This document shows positions 34,501 to 46,324 of a stretch of DNA of 64,000 bases, one piece after another; the first letter of the stretch is position 1, and every line of letters begins with the position of its first letter. The notes beneath the pieces are model-generated. The model searched no databases. It was not told where the DNA came from and saw nothing but the letters and a program-made list of their open reading frames with translations. Origin of the DNA: an uncultured Verrucomicrobiae bacterium (GTDB lineage: Bacteria > Verrucomicrobiota > Verrucomicrobiia > Chthoniobacterales > JAFAMB01); NCBI GenBank assembly GCA_963782115.1, contig CAWAIK010000001.1, forward strand, positions 480,001-544,000. Reading direction: 5' to 3'. The position numbers and the translations under genes are program-made.

Positions 34501-35157
34501 ATGTGTGCCAACGAGGTAGAGGGTTTGGTGCTGAAAAGCTACTATGCGAAATTCAATAGTATAGTAGGCGCTGTCGCCGGGTTAGTCAGTCTCTTGCCTT
34601 TGGGTGCTATTATCGGCCCGAATGCGTATCTGTTCCCGCCACTCGGTGGAGATTCAATCGAGAAATTTGCGATTATAGGAACAGTAATTCTTTCTTTGTC
34701 CTGCACGCTGTTTGTATATCAGAAGAGGAAGGCGTTTGTTTCTAAATTGGGGTTGGCGCTGCTTCTTTCAGGGGCGGCACTTTGTATTACAATTCAGATA
34801 ATGTTGTACACCGCTTTCGTTAGAGACGTACAGATACCGTCTAAAAATGAAGTCGTCACAGTTAGCGTAGGGTTTGCGCGCTGTCCCGATAATCCGTCGG
34901 AATATGCAAAAATGAGCGATGAAGAAATGTTGAAAGATGCAGGGCCAACGGAATCGGCGATTAGACATTTGTTCACACTCCCATCGCTGTTAGCAGTCCG
35001 TGCATTGCTTTACCTTTCATACCTCGCCACCATCCTCCTTGTCGTAATGTTCGCGAGCTGCGCTGTATTGTTTTCTGCTCTGGACGATTTGGGAAGGGGA
35101 AAATCGTCTTGTCCTGATGCGCGAGCGGAGGGCACGGAAGGGCTTTCGAAACAATGA
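34501..35157 (+). CDS. Membrane protein
   Basis: Several hydrophobic helices; directly follows 33760..34494. Confidence 0.6.
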   Translation: MCANEVEGLVLKSYYAKFNSIVGAVAGLVSLLPLGAIIGPNAYLFPPLGGDSIEKFAIIGTVILSLSCTLFVYQKRKAFVSKLGLALLLSGAALCITIQIMLYTAFVRDVQIPSKNEVVTVSVGFARCPDNPSEYAKMSDEEMLKDAGPTESAIRHLFTLPSLLAVRALLYLSYLATILLVVMFASCAVLFSALDDLGRGKSSCPDARAEGTEGLSKQ

Positions 35158-35460
35158 TGCGGAATTGATTGCCCCCGTTCGGGGCTTGGGGAATTGAGCC
35201 AAATTTGACACCAACGTGTCAAATGGCGGCTTTAGGAGTGCTGAGGGAGGAGTCCGAGCTGTTTAAAAAGAACGTGGTTTCGCTGTTCCGCATCCTGAAT
35301 GAGTTTGTCGAATGAAATGAACTCGATGTAGGCTCTGAGGCGAGTGTTATACATGAAATAACCTTGCTTGTCCGCAGTTGGCGTGCAGTTATGCTGAACC
35401 GCAATTTCGTGCAGTTCGGATGTAAAATCGCAGATGATATAGCACTCGAATGGTGTCGCG

Positions 35461-35646
35461 TCAGTTACGAGAATTGTCCGTCCGCTTTTGGTCGTTGTCG
35501 ATCACTACTCTGATCTTTTTTTGTGCTGAGCTGCTGGCGGAGAGCGAATGAATACTGTTCACAACTGCTTCGAAGAGAGGAACCGTTGCTTTCGAAGAAA
35601 GAAGATGTTCAGCGTTCAAAAAGCCGTTTAAATCGAATTGCATCAT
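35461..35646 (-). pseudogene. N-terminal fragment of GHKL/MORC-type ATPase
   Basis: PLFEAVVNSIHS resembles the E.I.NS motif I; truncated. Confidence 0.45.
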
Positions 35647-35942
35647 GACGAGCGGAAACAGGGGTCCAAACCAGTAATCTAGGGTCCCTATTGTTGCAAA
35701 TCGAGACCGACGCCCTTGCTGTTCAGATGAACATATATTCGTTTCGGTCAGAACTCAACCCCAAATAAACGCTCCGAGAGTGCTTACAGCTCAAAAAATC
35801 GGAAGAAAGGATGACATGCCGCGTGCATGGGGAGGGAATTTGACACGTTGACCGTGGACGAGTTTTGATGCTCCAGGCTGGTAGATTACATGGCTATTTC
35901 AGCCACGGGCGTTTTAAACGCGTTCGGTGACTTAATCGGCAC

Positions 35943-36055
35943 TGTTACACTATGACCATTAGTGTATCATTTCATGCTTTTTAGCCCTTCCAAACCGCCT
36001 TTAATATTGATTTTTCCCTCGGAGATGTTACAGTTGTTTTGAGCTTTTGTAACAT
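35943..36055. promoter_or_regulatory. res-like recombination/operator site upstream of recombinase
   Basis: TGTTACACTA-7bp-TAGTGTATCA at 35943-35969; ATGTTACA-15bp-TGTAACAT at 36025-36055. Confidence 0.6.
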
Positions 36056-36056
36056 T

Positions 36057-36638
36057 ATGCAAATAGTCAATGAAAAGGGCGAGCGACTCTACTTTACAGA
36101 GGAGCAACGAAATGCGCTTCTGGCTGCGGCTGCTAAAGCACCTCGGGAGGTACGGTCCTTCTGCAGTGTCCTATGTTACACCGGTTGCCGAATATCGGAA
36201 GCGTTGGCGCTGACTGCTAAAAGCATCGATTTGTCCGCCAAGGTGATTGTCATCGAGAGTCTGAAGAAGCGTAAGGCTGGCGTTCACCGACAGGTACCTG
36301 TCCCGCCGGAGTTACTCGATACCCTGGATATGGTCCACGGTATCCGTGAGATTCAGAAGAAAGGTCGAGCCCGAATCAATCAGTGCCTCTGGACCTGGAG
36401 TCGCATGACGGCGTGGCGGAAGATGGATGCGCTCATCAAAGCGGCTGGCATCCCCGATGGACCGCATGCATCGCCGAAAGGGTTGCGGCACGGGTTTGGA
36501 GTGACGGCTGTTAGCAAGGGCATCGCGCTCAACATGGTGCAAAAATGGCTTGGTCACGCTCAATTGACCACGACGGCTATCTATGCCGATGCCGTCGGCG
36601 AAGAGGAGCAGAATATTGCGGCGAGGATGTGGAACTGA
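36057..36638 (+). CDS. Small tyrosine recombinase (catalytic domain only, resolvase-like)
   Basis: YTGCRISEAL, K-G-L-R-H-G-F, VQKWLGHAQLTTTAIY. Confidence 0.9.
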   Translation: MQIVNEKGERLYFTEEQRNALLAAAAKAPREVRSFCSVLCYTGCRISEALALTAKSIDLSAKVIVIESLKKRKAGVHRQVPVPPELLDTLDMVHGIREIQKKGRARINQCLWTWSRMTAWRKMDALIKAAGIPDGPHASPKGLRHGFGVTAVSKGIALNMVQKWLGHAQLTTTAIYADAVGEEEQNIAARMWN

Positions 36639-37158
36639 AGACGATATAATCGCCCAAATGTTTTGGAACATTTACTTCGTAATTGGGATTTGTATCCTTT
36701 TAACGACCATTTGCGCCAAACGTTGTTTTATATCGCGTTAGCTGGTGCTGTATTGATGCTCGGCGGCTCGCTTTTGGCGCACACGTTCCAGAAACAGCGG
36801 TTGGGAGAACGCAGAAAAAAACGAAGATCCCAGGCGGCTATCGATGAGGGTGTCAGAAGGCCACGATCTCGCGGCTGATGAGTGCAGAGCGCATGGAAAT
36901 GGCTTGATCTGCTGTAGGTGGTCAGAAGAACATCTATGGAATGACGGCAACGTTTTGATTCAGCCACTGGCTCAGAGCAATTCGACGCAGAGGGAAAGAT
37001 TTTGGAACATGCGTCGATCCAGACGGGTCTTTCGAACGCCACTTTCCATATCGTGCCCGGGGCCGAGACACTGTCGGAAACGTGCTGATTGATCTGAGAA
37101 GGGGCATCGTCTATAAAACCTCAGGAATCAGCAGACTGATAAACAAAAAAAGGATCAT

Positions 37159-38106
37159 ATGAAAGTCCACTGGTCAACAATTAAGGTTGCGACAATGCAG
37201 GCCTTCGCAACCTTCCGAGATACTAAATTCGCAAAATTTACGCAGAACATTAATTCAACGTATACCCGTTATAGAGACAGCGTCCCGGCCAGAACGATTA
37301 CTTCTCAGGCCGAATATGCAGAAAATTTCACGAATTGGGAGACCAACGCGCCTAATTTTTGCGGTACAAAGAGGAACACAGCATTCGGACCTACTATTAA
37401 GCTTCCGAAGCGTCCTGCAACCGTCCAACTAACGGGCGATAGAACAATTCAACTAACGAGCCAAAGAACCGTAATGTTTCAAAGGAATGGGGAGACAGTC
37501 TTCGACACACAAGCGCCGAGAGGCACGACAATCCAGGCGGTACAGTTCACTGCGAGCGCGAGGAAGGAATACAGTCGTCTGAACCTAATCGTTTGTCCGG
37601 AGTTTTGCGGAATGCCTCTACAGGAGAAACTGTCTCCCTTCGGCGTAGACCCGAACGGTGTAGTATTGCAGTGGAAAGTAATGAATCCTAAGCTGGGCTT
37701 AGAAGGGCCAGAATCGGCTGTCATGTATCTGGGTGAACCGCTGAACGGTCCCTCTGTCTGGCAATTGATTTCGAATTTGAAGGACTCGTTGGTCGGCAAA
37801 TTGATTCCGTTACAGTCAGCGCCCTGGGGTCATATTGAACTTGCACCAGGGATCTATGGATTTGACCTGCCCGACGGAAATCTTGAAAGAAATATCCTAG
37901 AACAAACATCGGATTCGAGCGCCGGGAGAACGATATCGGCAATCATTTGTAAAGCCGCATGGGACGCCGCTGAATGGCTCTACCACGGTACCGGTTCCAC
38001 GCAAGCGCGAGCATTACTTCAGAAAACCGGAGAAAGCGAAGAGGAATGTGTGAAAAATCAAATGGAACTTGTTTTAGAGGCTTTGCATTGGGAACTGGTG
38101 GACTAA
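37159..38106 (+). CDS. Hypothetical protein
   Basis: Intact 315 aa ORF with AAGGA RBS. Confidence 0.65.
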   Translation: MKVHWSTIKVATMQAFATFRDTKFAKFTQNINSTYTRYRDSVPARTITSQAEYAENFTNWETNAPNFCGTKRNTAFGPTIKLPKRPATVQLTGDRTIQLTSQRTVMFQRNGETVFDTQAPRGTTIQAVQFTASARKEYSRLNLIVCPEFCGMPLQEKLSPFGVDPNGVVLQWKVMNPKLGLEGPESAVMYLGEPLNGPSVWQLISNLKDSLVGKLIPLQSAPWGHIELAPGIYGFDLPDGNLERNILEQTSDSSAGRTISAIICKAAWDAAEWLYHGTGSTQARALLQKTGESEEECVKNQMELVLEALHWELVD

Positions 38107-39090
38107 GTGTGCAGAGCTGAGGCACTCCTGTCCGAGACAGGTTCTAAAAAACTAGTAACAAAAAGGCATCCGTGTCTGGTTAAATCGTTGGCGTGAAAAA
38201 CAAACGAACAAACCGTCAACGGAGGCCTAACGAACCGGACAATTTTAATACTTTCGTGTCTTCACCCCCAATAGCCGATATGGAAGGAATTTCCGCCGTG
38301 CTCGCATAGCGCCTTGGCAAAAAAAGTCCCGAGGGCCTCTGCAGGCTGTCAAAACCCATCGACCAGTTCGAATGCAGCAGAGTCAGCTTGTACACAGGGG
38401 ATTGGCCTCGGTCACGTGGTAGCACGGGCGAGGGTTTCGAATACAGCTGGAGAGATCGTAGGACACTCGGGCCTGTTCAGTCGCGGCCAACGCGTATGCC
38501 CAGATGATCCTTAGCGCGAACGTCCACCCGAACGCTGCCCCGCCGAGTGGCGATCAGCGCAAAGAGCTGTCCGCGATGGCAGAGCTGAGTCTCCTCGCGA
38601 GCGAATGTTTCATGGAACGCTTGCTGGCACATCCCATCACCAATCTCCGATGACTTTCAGGGCAGGGCAGGGCATTACAAAAGGAAAAATGAGCAAAAAA
38701 CTAATCACTTTAGCGGCGTTACCGATGCTGGTCTGGCTTACCTCATTTCCAGCCAAGGCAATGCTTTTCAGCACGAATCCGGGACTGCTTGGACATCAAC
38801 ACGGAACTTTCGTGTTCGTGTCCCGTCCGTACCCCCCCTACGTTTTCTACCCGTAACCGCCAAGGAGTAACCACGAGCCGGTTGTTCGCCCGGTGCCATC
38901 TGGACGTGGCGGGACGGTCATGTTCGCGGTCATCATTGTCTTGGCGGTCTGCACAGGCCTCTTCCTGTGGATGTGCAGGAAGTGAGATCCTTGTCTGTCG
39001 TAAGCGTGCGCGGGGGGACGAAACCCCTCGACATTTCGCGAGGGTTTTTAGGTGTCATCCACGCGTGCGCGGGAGTAAAAGATCTCCCTT

Positions 39091-39675
39091 TCAATCAGCG
39101 CATTCGTTGCAAAGGTTTTCGTTTCCCGAAACCTCGAATTTCTTGCCGCATTTGGAGCATGCGCGGATAAGCCTTGGAGTAACACGTACGCTTATCGTTA
39201 CCTTTGCGCTAATGCCCAGACAAATCTTGTCGAAAAACTGAATTACGAAATCAGTGAGCGTGCAGTTTTCATTCAATAGAACCCTGATAATGTTTTCAGC
39301 GGCTGCGATTTTGGCCGCACCTTCCTGAAATCCCATCGGACTCACAAGGATTGCGCCTTCGGCCCCAGTGTCGAGGATTCGGTAGGCCAATCCACCCATC
39401 TGTTCTTGTTTCTGCCTTGACTTTGTGTAGCGCCGACATTCCACAATGAAAAAACCTTTGCCGCCTTCCATGATGCCTTTCGCATCGATTTTCCATGAAG
39501 TACCAGACCGGTTGCCTTGGATTTTCTGTTTACCCTCAACGGACTGGAGTCCAAACTCTTTGGCCATCCGGTGGAGCAGGTATGCGCTGCGTTCTTCGTA
39601 CGATAGCCACTGGGGCTTATTCGGATCGACCGATTCCTGACCTGCCTGCATGAGTTTTTCTTCGTTCTCTGGCAT
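39091..39675 (-). CDS. Mrr-like restriction endonuclease domain protein with C-terminal Zn ribbon
   Basis: WKIDA...IVECRRY...GAILVSPMGFQEGA; CSKC/CNEC. Confidence 0.75.
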   Translation of the reverse strand: MPENEEKLMQAGQESVDPNKPQWLSYEERSAYLLHRMAKEFGLQSVEGKQKIQGNRSGTSWKIDAKGIMEGGKGFFIVECRRYTKSRQKQEQMGGLAYRILDTGAEGAILVSPMGFQEGAAKIAAAENIIRVLLNENCTLTDFVIQFFDKICLGISAKVTISVRVTPRLIRACSKCGKKFEVSGNENLCNECAD

Positions 39676-39956
39676 CCTGGTATTTCGACCTCAAATTCGC
39701 TGGCCTCAACTGTCGAGACCTTTCAGATTCTTGTGTTGCACATCCGTATATGCAAACGCAACCGAAGTACGCATATGGCGATCTTCAAAAGGCTTTTCTG
39801 GCTCCTGGTCTCGTTCATCTTCGCCGCCGCTGCCGTCCTGCTTTACCTTTCGGTCACGAAAGGGTTGTTCGCCTGGATACCCAGGTGAAGAGCAACCGCC
39901 ATGCGTTCGCTTGCCTTTGACCGCCAAACTGTCCATGATGCGGCATTGAGGCACCC

Positions 39957-40289
39957 ATGAATAAATTGCTACTGTGCTGCGCATTGACCTTCTCTGGTTG
40001 CACGACCTGGGGTTCCAAGATGGCGATGGGCGACCAGCATTACCCATCGGTGCGCACTGAACACGTCGTGATCCTTTTCGAACCGCCTGCGCAGCCTTAC
40101 AAACAGATCGGGCTTGTCTCATCCCTCGGCGGCTGGTACGCCAGTGACGGCGACAATTATCACAAGATGCAGATGGCTGCTGCTCAACTCGGAGCTGACG
40201 CCGTTATCGTTCAAGGGTCTCAGCCGATGCCGCAGCGGGACTACTGGCAGTATCCAAAGGCGAACGGGATAGCGATAAAGTATTTCTGA
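39957..40289 (+). CDS. Small lipoprotein
   Basis: Lipobox LTFSG-C; AAQLGADAVIV. Confidence 0.65.
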   Translation: MNKLLLCCALTFSGCTTWGSKMAMGDQHYPSVRTEHVVILFEPPAQPYKQIGLVSSLGGWYASDGDNYHKMQMAAAQLGADAVIVQGSQPMPQRDYWQYPKANGIAIKYF

Positions 40290-41103
40290 CCCTTCATGCT
40301 GCGTTACCTCGCATCAATCCTAGTCAGCTTCCTGTTGGCGGCTCCAGCCATGTCCGTTGAGTTGTTTCGATATCGAGGCGCTGCCAAGGATGGCGGCACC
40401 GCTGGAATACGTCTTTGAAGGTGGTGAACAGAATTCTCCCAACGCCGTAACTAAAGAGAAGGCGGCAGAGATCGCTGCTGATTTTATGACGACCTTTTAC
40501 CACGTACAGGTCGGTGCACTTGAGACGCAGGAATTTCGGACACAGCCGGTCCCATTTTGGCTCATTTGCTTTCGGACACGATCAAGGGACCGATCGCGTT
40601 CTCCTGCCGGATGGGACCGACCTTTGTGGCGAGGGAGTTGGCGAGACGGTGCAGACGTGGTCAGATTTTTACGGTTACCTCGAAACCGGACCTAAGTGGT
40701 TGTCGTTGTCGGGCAAAATACTCCGCAAGCTTAATTTGACCGAAGAGAATTATAGAAAAAGTTGCATTTATGGTAATCCGCATCGATATTTGAATTGGGT
40801 AAGCGAGGGAGTGTCGATTTCCATTGGGCCGGTGTGCGTCGGCAGTATCATGGCGCACGCCGGTTCTTTGTGTTCGGCCGTAGCAGGTGTTCAAAAGCGA
40901 CCAAATTCGGGTAGACCCGGCCAGCAGAGAGTTTTCTAGCGAAAACAAATTCATCGGAAAGTTATGAAAATGTTGAGGAACGCAGAAGATGTAAACGGCA
41001 GGACAGAATATTTCAATGTACTGCAGGCGGATCAAAATCCGAGGCTATACTCGCATCGCCATGCGCCCATTATTTCCTATTCTCAGTCTGCTGCTTTGTG
41101 TGA

Positions 41104-41310
41104 TTGTATCGAGCACTCGGAACCGCATTTATCAATTTCGGACGAGAATATCCCGATCAGATCTTTGCTGGGTTTATTGCAGCCGGGTCAAGAATGGCGA
41201 CTGACCAGCGGATCACCACACTGCAAGGGAAAATCATCGGTATCACCGGCATAATCGAACTCTACCAAGGGAAGCCGGAGATCGAAGTCACAGCCGACAG
41301 ATCAGATCAA
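41104..41310 (+). pseudogene. OB-fold protein fragment
   Basis: AFINFGREYPDQIF...ITGIIELYQGKPEI. Confidence 0.45.
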
Positions 41311-41534
41311 AGGCTTAGACTCCCCACTCATGCAGTGATTGGGCCTACGTCAAAAGAAACGAACAATCGACAACGTTGCCGTTCACAAGAGTCAGGCAGA
41401 TCGCATGGGATTCTGTTGCGCCAGCTACGAAGAAAGCACTGATAAAGCCCTCATTGAACTACATCTATTTTCCTTGAAGCAAAGTGCGCCGTTTCTCGCA
41501 TGTCTCGCAATAAAAATTGCGATCTCGGTAAGGG

Positions 41535-41798
41535 ATGCTTCAGTCGCAATTGATGCAAGGACGCAAAAATGAAAAGCACGCAAACGAGACATGGAACACA
41601 GTTTCGCAAGAGTTGGACGAACAGGCGCTCACAAGAGACATAACAAAGTTCGTCGAGGAATCTGACCTAAGCATTCCCAAAATCGCGAGCGAAATGGGAG
41701 TTTTCAGCGCAACCCTCAGTATGTGGATTGCAGGAACTAGTAAGCCGTCTCATACGGAGCTGTTTGCGATTAAAAGTTTTCTTCAACGGCGCAATTGA
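41535..41798 (+). CDS. Small HTH protein
   Basis: LSIPKIASEMGVFSATLSMWIAGTSKP. Confidence 0.6.
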   Translation: MLQSQLMQGRKNEKHANETWNTVSQELDEQALTRDITKFVEESDLSIPKIASEMGVFSATLSMWIAGTSKPSHTELFAIKSFLQRRN

Positions 41799-41877
41799 GA
41801 TTTTCCGGGCCGTAGTGGGGGGTTGATTGCCAAAAACGGTCGTAACCCACCTAAAAATTGTATTGTTGTCATTGCCC

Positions 41878-42490
41878 ATGTGCGGACGAAACAGAAGGAC
41901 GACTTCAGAAGAAAAACTCGCTGGCCGGTATCACATTCCGATTCCACCACAGCGAGATCTGCCGATCAGTTGGAACATTGCGCCAACACAGGATGTCCTC
42001 GCGATCCGGTTCAATCCAGAGACCAAGCAGCGCACTCTGGATGCTTTGAAGTGGGGATTGATTCCGAACTGGTCCAAAGATCCGAAAATCGCATACAAGA
42101 CCATCAACGCGAGGGTCGAGACCGTTGACACGGCACCGTCATACCGAGGCCTTCAAGGAACGGCGCTGTCTGATTACCGTGGATGGTTTTTACGAATGGA
42201 AGAAAGTTCTCGGTGGAAAAATTCCGTACTCGATCAGCATCAAGGACGGTGCTCCATTCGTGTTCGCTGGCTTGTGGGAAGGCTGGAAAGATCCAGCGAA
42301 TAATCAATGGTTGCATACCTGCACGATCATCGCAGGCGAACCAAACGTTTGTGCGGGAAATCCACACTCGGATGCCGGTCATCCTACCGGAAGAGCACCG
42401 CGATGCTTGGTTATCTGGTGAAGCCGGAAAAGAGGTCTCGGTCCCCTTTCCGGCAGACCGAATGAAAGCGTGGCCGGTATGCGAGGGTAA
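41878..42490 (+). pseudogene. SOS response-associated peptidase (SRAP/YedK), frameshifted
   Basis: MCGR start, WNIAPTQ, WGLIP.W, INAR.ET, GFYEW, FAGLWE, IHTRMPVIL. Confidence 0.88.
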
Positions 42491-43247
42491 ACTCGCCCAG
42501 GAACACACATCGACAGCGGGTTGGTCTACGCAAAAGGAATCGCACGTCATCCAAAAAAGTATGGAGCAATCGGGCCATATTTGTAGTACCCATAGTATTG
42601 AGACGTATGAGGAAATTAAAGAACGCTTCCACTATCTCACCCATCAAACCGGAGATCCGGACATGGTACGCGTTTGAAGGACCTTTAGGAGATGTTATCC
42701 ATAACAAACAGTTCTTCTTCGCTTGGAAGGAAGGATGCCTGATGGGAACCTACAACACACTTGAGGAGGCTACGGCATCTCTGACCTCCAAAACAAGGCG
42801 AGACAAACACTGATTCCAAATGCCTCATTCCCTCTTGCGCTCTTTTAGTGCCAGTGCCGACCAGCGATCCATATCGTTGACCCGCTCAGAAGGGTTTCCG
42901 GGAGCCTTCGGGCTTTCCTCTGCAAGCATCTGGGAAGACAGCCACCAGCATGTTCACGGGGATTCCCGCACGGCGGAACGAGAATGGAGCGCATTAAAAC
43001 ACGGTCTGATGCTCACATTGGAAATCGCTGTTGGAACAGTCGCATGTGCTGGCACAATCCTGACTATCTTCGCTTGGACTGAGGGCAGCTTGTAATCAGA
43101 AAAGGGGAGAAGGAGCGCCTTGCCCCCTTCCGACGGGTGCGGGATGAAATTCGGAACTACCTGAAAGTCTTCCCTTCCTGAACACTGCTTGCCATGAAGA
43201 CGCTGCTCCTTGAGGCGCCTTGCGTAAACCAGTAGCTAGGGATAACC

Positions 43248-43762
43248 ATGAACAAGGCCCTTTCCTGCATGGTCGCTCTGTTCTTGTTTGCCCCGCGTAT
43301 CATGGCTCAGACGACCACGTCGATCCCAACGGCTGCTGACGCGCAACGTGCAGCCGAGGTGGATCAACGAGGCGACGAAGGCATGGGCTTCAGTCACGCC
43401 ATGACCGGGCACCATTTTCACCTTCTTCCGGATGAAGGCTCTATCGAGGTTGAGTCGGACAGCCCTGAAGACGATGCCAGTAAAGAGGCAATACGTCGGC
43501 ACATGCAAAAAATCGCAGGGATGTTCGCACAAGGGGAATTTTCTCTGCCCGTGTTTATCCACGACACGGTTCCACCTTGCGTGGAAGTGATGAAGCGCCT
43601 AAAAGATCAAATCGTCTAAACAGCCGAAAATACAGCCAAAGGCGCACAGTTGCGGATCTCCACTACGAATCCGGAAGCGGTGATTGCCGTCCACGAGTTT
43701 CTGCGCTTCCAGATCAAAGACCACCGCACCAATGACCCGCTGGCAATCCAAGTGAAACCGTA
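43248..43762 (+). CDS. Exported His-rich protein (in-frame stop at 43617)
   Basis: Signal peptide; RGDEGMGFSH..TGHHF; frame continues to FLRFQIKDHRT. Confidence 0.55.
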
Positions 43763-43843
43763 GTCTTGATTTGCAGCAAATCGGTGTCTGTGCAGTAGAA
43801 GGTCGAAAAATGAACGCCCGAAGCCGTCGCAAGCGTTGTTCTT

Positions 43844-44224
43844 ATGAACACTAAACGCATGTCGATCACTCCCAAGGCGATCCAAGACCTCCTGGACGAA
43901 TTGGAAGCGTCAAAGCAGAGCCGGTTGCGTGCTTGGAACGCTCTCCAGCGGATACGAGCCCTTCTCTCGGACCTTGGCAAAACCGAGCTTCCGCGACCGG
44001 CCAGTAGGACGATTGACCTGGAAGGAAGACTGGTGAAGGACGGCGTTCGAAAGGCTCTCAAGGATAAACGGAATGCTGTTACCGATTTGGTCCAGGGCCA
44101 TTCGCGAGTATCGAAAATTTATCGATCAATCGCTCACTTTACGCGGATGGATTACGCTCACGCCGTTCAGGAATTGAACAAGGCGATTGATCGGGCGCAG
44201 GCTCTTTGTTCGACAACAGTTTAA
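43844..44224 (+). CDS. Hypothetical coiled-coil protein (MSITP family)
   Basis: Paralogous N-terminus recurs at 47832. Confidence 0.5.
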   Translation: MNTKRMSITPKAIQDLLDELEASKQSRLRAWNALQRIRALLSDLGKTELPRPASRTIDLEGRLVKDGVRKALKDKRNAVTDLVQGHSRVSKIYRSIAHFTRMDYAHAVQELNKAIDRAQALCSTTV

Positions 44225-44264
44225 TCTTGGATGAGATCGTCGCATTAGAATAACAATATTTGCG

Positions 44265-45269
44265 ATGAATGAATCTCAATCGCCGCCTTCAGAAAACTGG
44301 AAGGAGCAATTCATGGCTTGTCTCACGGTTCCCGTTTTCGCGGACATGCGACAGAAAGAAGCTGTTGCGCTGCTCCACAAAAATAAGCCGGACTCTCTGT
44401 TCAGATATAGGCGTTTGGACGAAGAGCGAGAGTTCGAAAATATTGAACGTCAGCAAGTATGGCTAAGCCAGCCGCTCGACTTTAACGATAAAGATCCCTT
44501 TGACTCGTCTTTCAACATTTGGCATCAAGATTTTATCTTACCAAAGGCTGCGCCGCAGGAAACCATCAATCGATTTCCTCAGATTGTTCGGGATAATTTA
44601 AGTGAGTCGGAAGTCGCGGAGTTTTCTAGATTCCCAGACATTCCTGATGAGAGATTCAGGGTGCTATTCAGAAAAGCCTACCCGGAAGAGTCCATTGAGA
44701 TTGTTAATATGGTTATGGAGGCGATTCGTAAAGCGTCCGAAACCTTTAGGGCGAAACATGTTCAGAAACTTGAGGAATTCACGAAGCAAAATCTAAGTGT
44801 GTGCTGCTTTTGCGAGACGTCCGATTTGACGTCCATGTGGACACACTACGCTGATGGTCATCGTGGGTGTTGTATAGAGTTTGACGTGCGACGCCAGTTC
44901 ATACCCGATGCTGTCGGGTACTTGTTTCCGGTTATTTATAAAGACGAGTTGTTTAATGTGACGCCATATTACAGCGCGATTGCCGCTGGAGGAGGTAACA
45001 ACTGGGCTGCAGTCCTCGCTGCCTGTCACAAAGCGAAATCCTGGTCTTCCGAGCGCGAATGGCGAATCGTCTTCGCATTTTCAATGGAAGGAGAGAACAA
45101 TCGTTTTATTCCCGTTAAAAGCATAACATTCGGTCTGAGAACTGAGAGAAAAGCACAGGAGAGACTGTTTGAAATTGCACAGAAACTCAAGGTTCCATTG
45201 TACAGAGCACTGCGATCCCGCTCGGAAGCTAAGGTGCTCTCTGAGTTGGTCACAAAACTGACCTACTGA
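44265..45269 (+). CDS. DUF2971 domain protein
   Basis: LFRYR, FNDKDPFD, VCCFCE...MWTHYADGHRGCCIEF, K.KSW..EREWR. Confidence 0.85.
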   Translation: MNESQSPPSENWKEQFMACLTVPVFADMRQKEAVALLHKNKPDSLFRYRRLDEEREFENIERQQVWLSQPLDFNDKDPFDSSFNIWHQDFILPKAAPQETINRFPQIVRDNLSESEVAEFSRFPDIPDERFRVLFRKAYPEESIEIVNMVMEAIRKASETFRAKHVQKLEEFTKQNLSVCCFCETSDLTSMWTHYADGHRGCCIEFDVRRQFIPDAVGYLFPVIYKDELFNVTPYYSAIAAGGGNNWAAVLAACHKAKSWSSEREWRIVFAFSMEGENNRFIPVKSITFGLRTERKAQERLFEIAQKLKVPLYRALRSRSEAKVLSELVTKLTY

Positions 45270-45274
45270 CTCGG

Positions 45275-46324
45275 ATGCCAGTACATTGCCGATTCAAAAC
45301 GCTGATTATTCAAAACGAAAATGGGCGGTACCGATTGAGTCAGGAATTCGCGAATCTCAACGCCCCGCTGCTCGATCAGTATTTGCTTGTCAACCCGCCC
45401 CCGCCTTACGGACTGTGTTTCAGCAAGGCTGAGTTCCGCGACCAGTTAAAGGCGCAGATCGATTCCGATATGCCGGGGGTGGCGTTGCTCGATCCCTGGA
45501 ACGCAGTCAGTCACGATGACAAACAACGGGACTACCTGGAAGGCTTCGACTTGATCCGTTCGGTATTTCCGCCTGGGGACCAAGGCCCTGCAATCGGGAT
45601 CATCGCTCACACCCGCAAACCCGGTCAGGGCGAACACAAGAACGGACGGGCGCTGCTCACACTGTTGGCTGGTTCCTATGTCCTGACATCGGTTCCGCGA
45701 ACTGTCTGTCGGAAGAATTGCCGCGTGTGGGCCATATTCCTATGCTCTTTTTGGTTTCGGTTTTTGGTGAAAGTTTTTTCAGATTTCCGCGCCACTTTTA
45801 ACCCCGCGGAATGATTCGATTTTCTCCGTTTTCCGCGACTCCCTTTAGGGGGAGCGGAAACGGAAAAATCTTCCGCGGATTTTCCGCTGCGTTTTCCGGC
45901 GCGGAAAATTCGCGGAAAATAGGGCTTAATTCTGCCATGAAAAGAGTTTCTTTTTTCGGTCGTACAGCAGATGTCTGCTGAACTGAATTTTCCGCCTGTG
46001 AGTGTCAGTGCTTTGTAGCAAGCGCTATGTTTCAGCCCGGTTAAATCCTGCAATGCTTTAACCGCTTCCGCCGCGGTTAACCATTTCTGTCCGTTATCGA
46101 AAAGGTTCCGCATTGCCTGTTCAGTGATTGAACCTCTGCCGCTATTTCCTTTTTTGTTGTCCGCGTTGTCCCATTCGTCCCAATCGAATCCAGGTGAAGA
46201 TTGCCACAACCCATTGTCACGCACCCAGACGGAACGATCGCCTAATTCGCCATCGCTGTTTTTGCAGCAGGTGACCACCACACGGTTATCAAGCACATCA
46301 TCGCTGGCAGACTGCAGCAGGAAC
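45275..46324. pseudogene. AAA/RepA-like helicase remnant whose 3' part is inverted
   Basis: Plus: LIIQNEN, ALLDPWN, IIAHTRK, LAGS...VPRTV; minus from 46323: FLLQSASDD...CCKN.DG. Confidence 0.7.
45783..45921. repeat. Cluster of TTTCCGC/GCGGAAA iteron-like repeats
   Basis: About ten copies in both orientations around CTCCCTTTAGGGGGAG. Confidence 0.7.
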
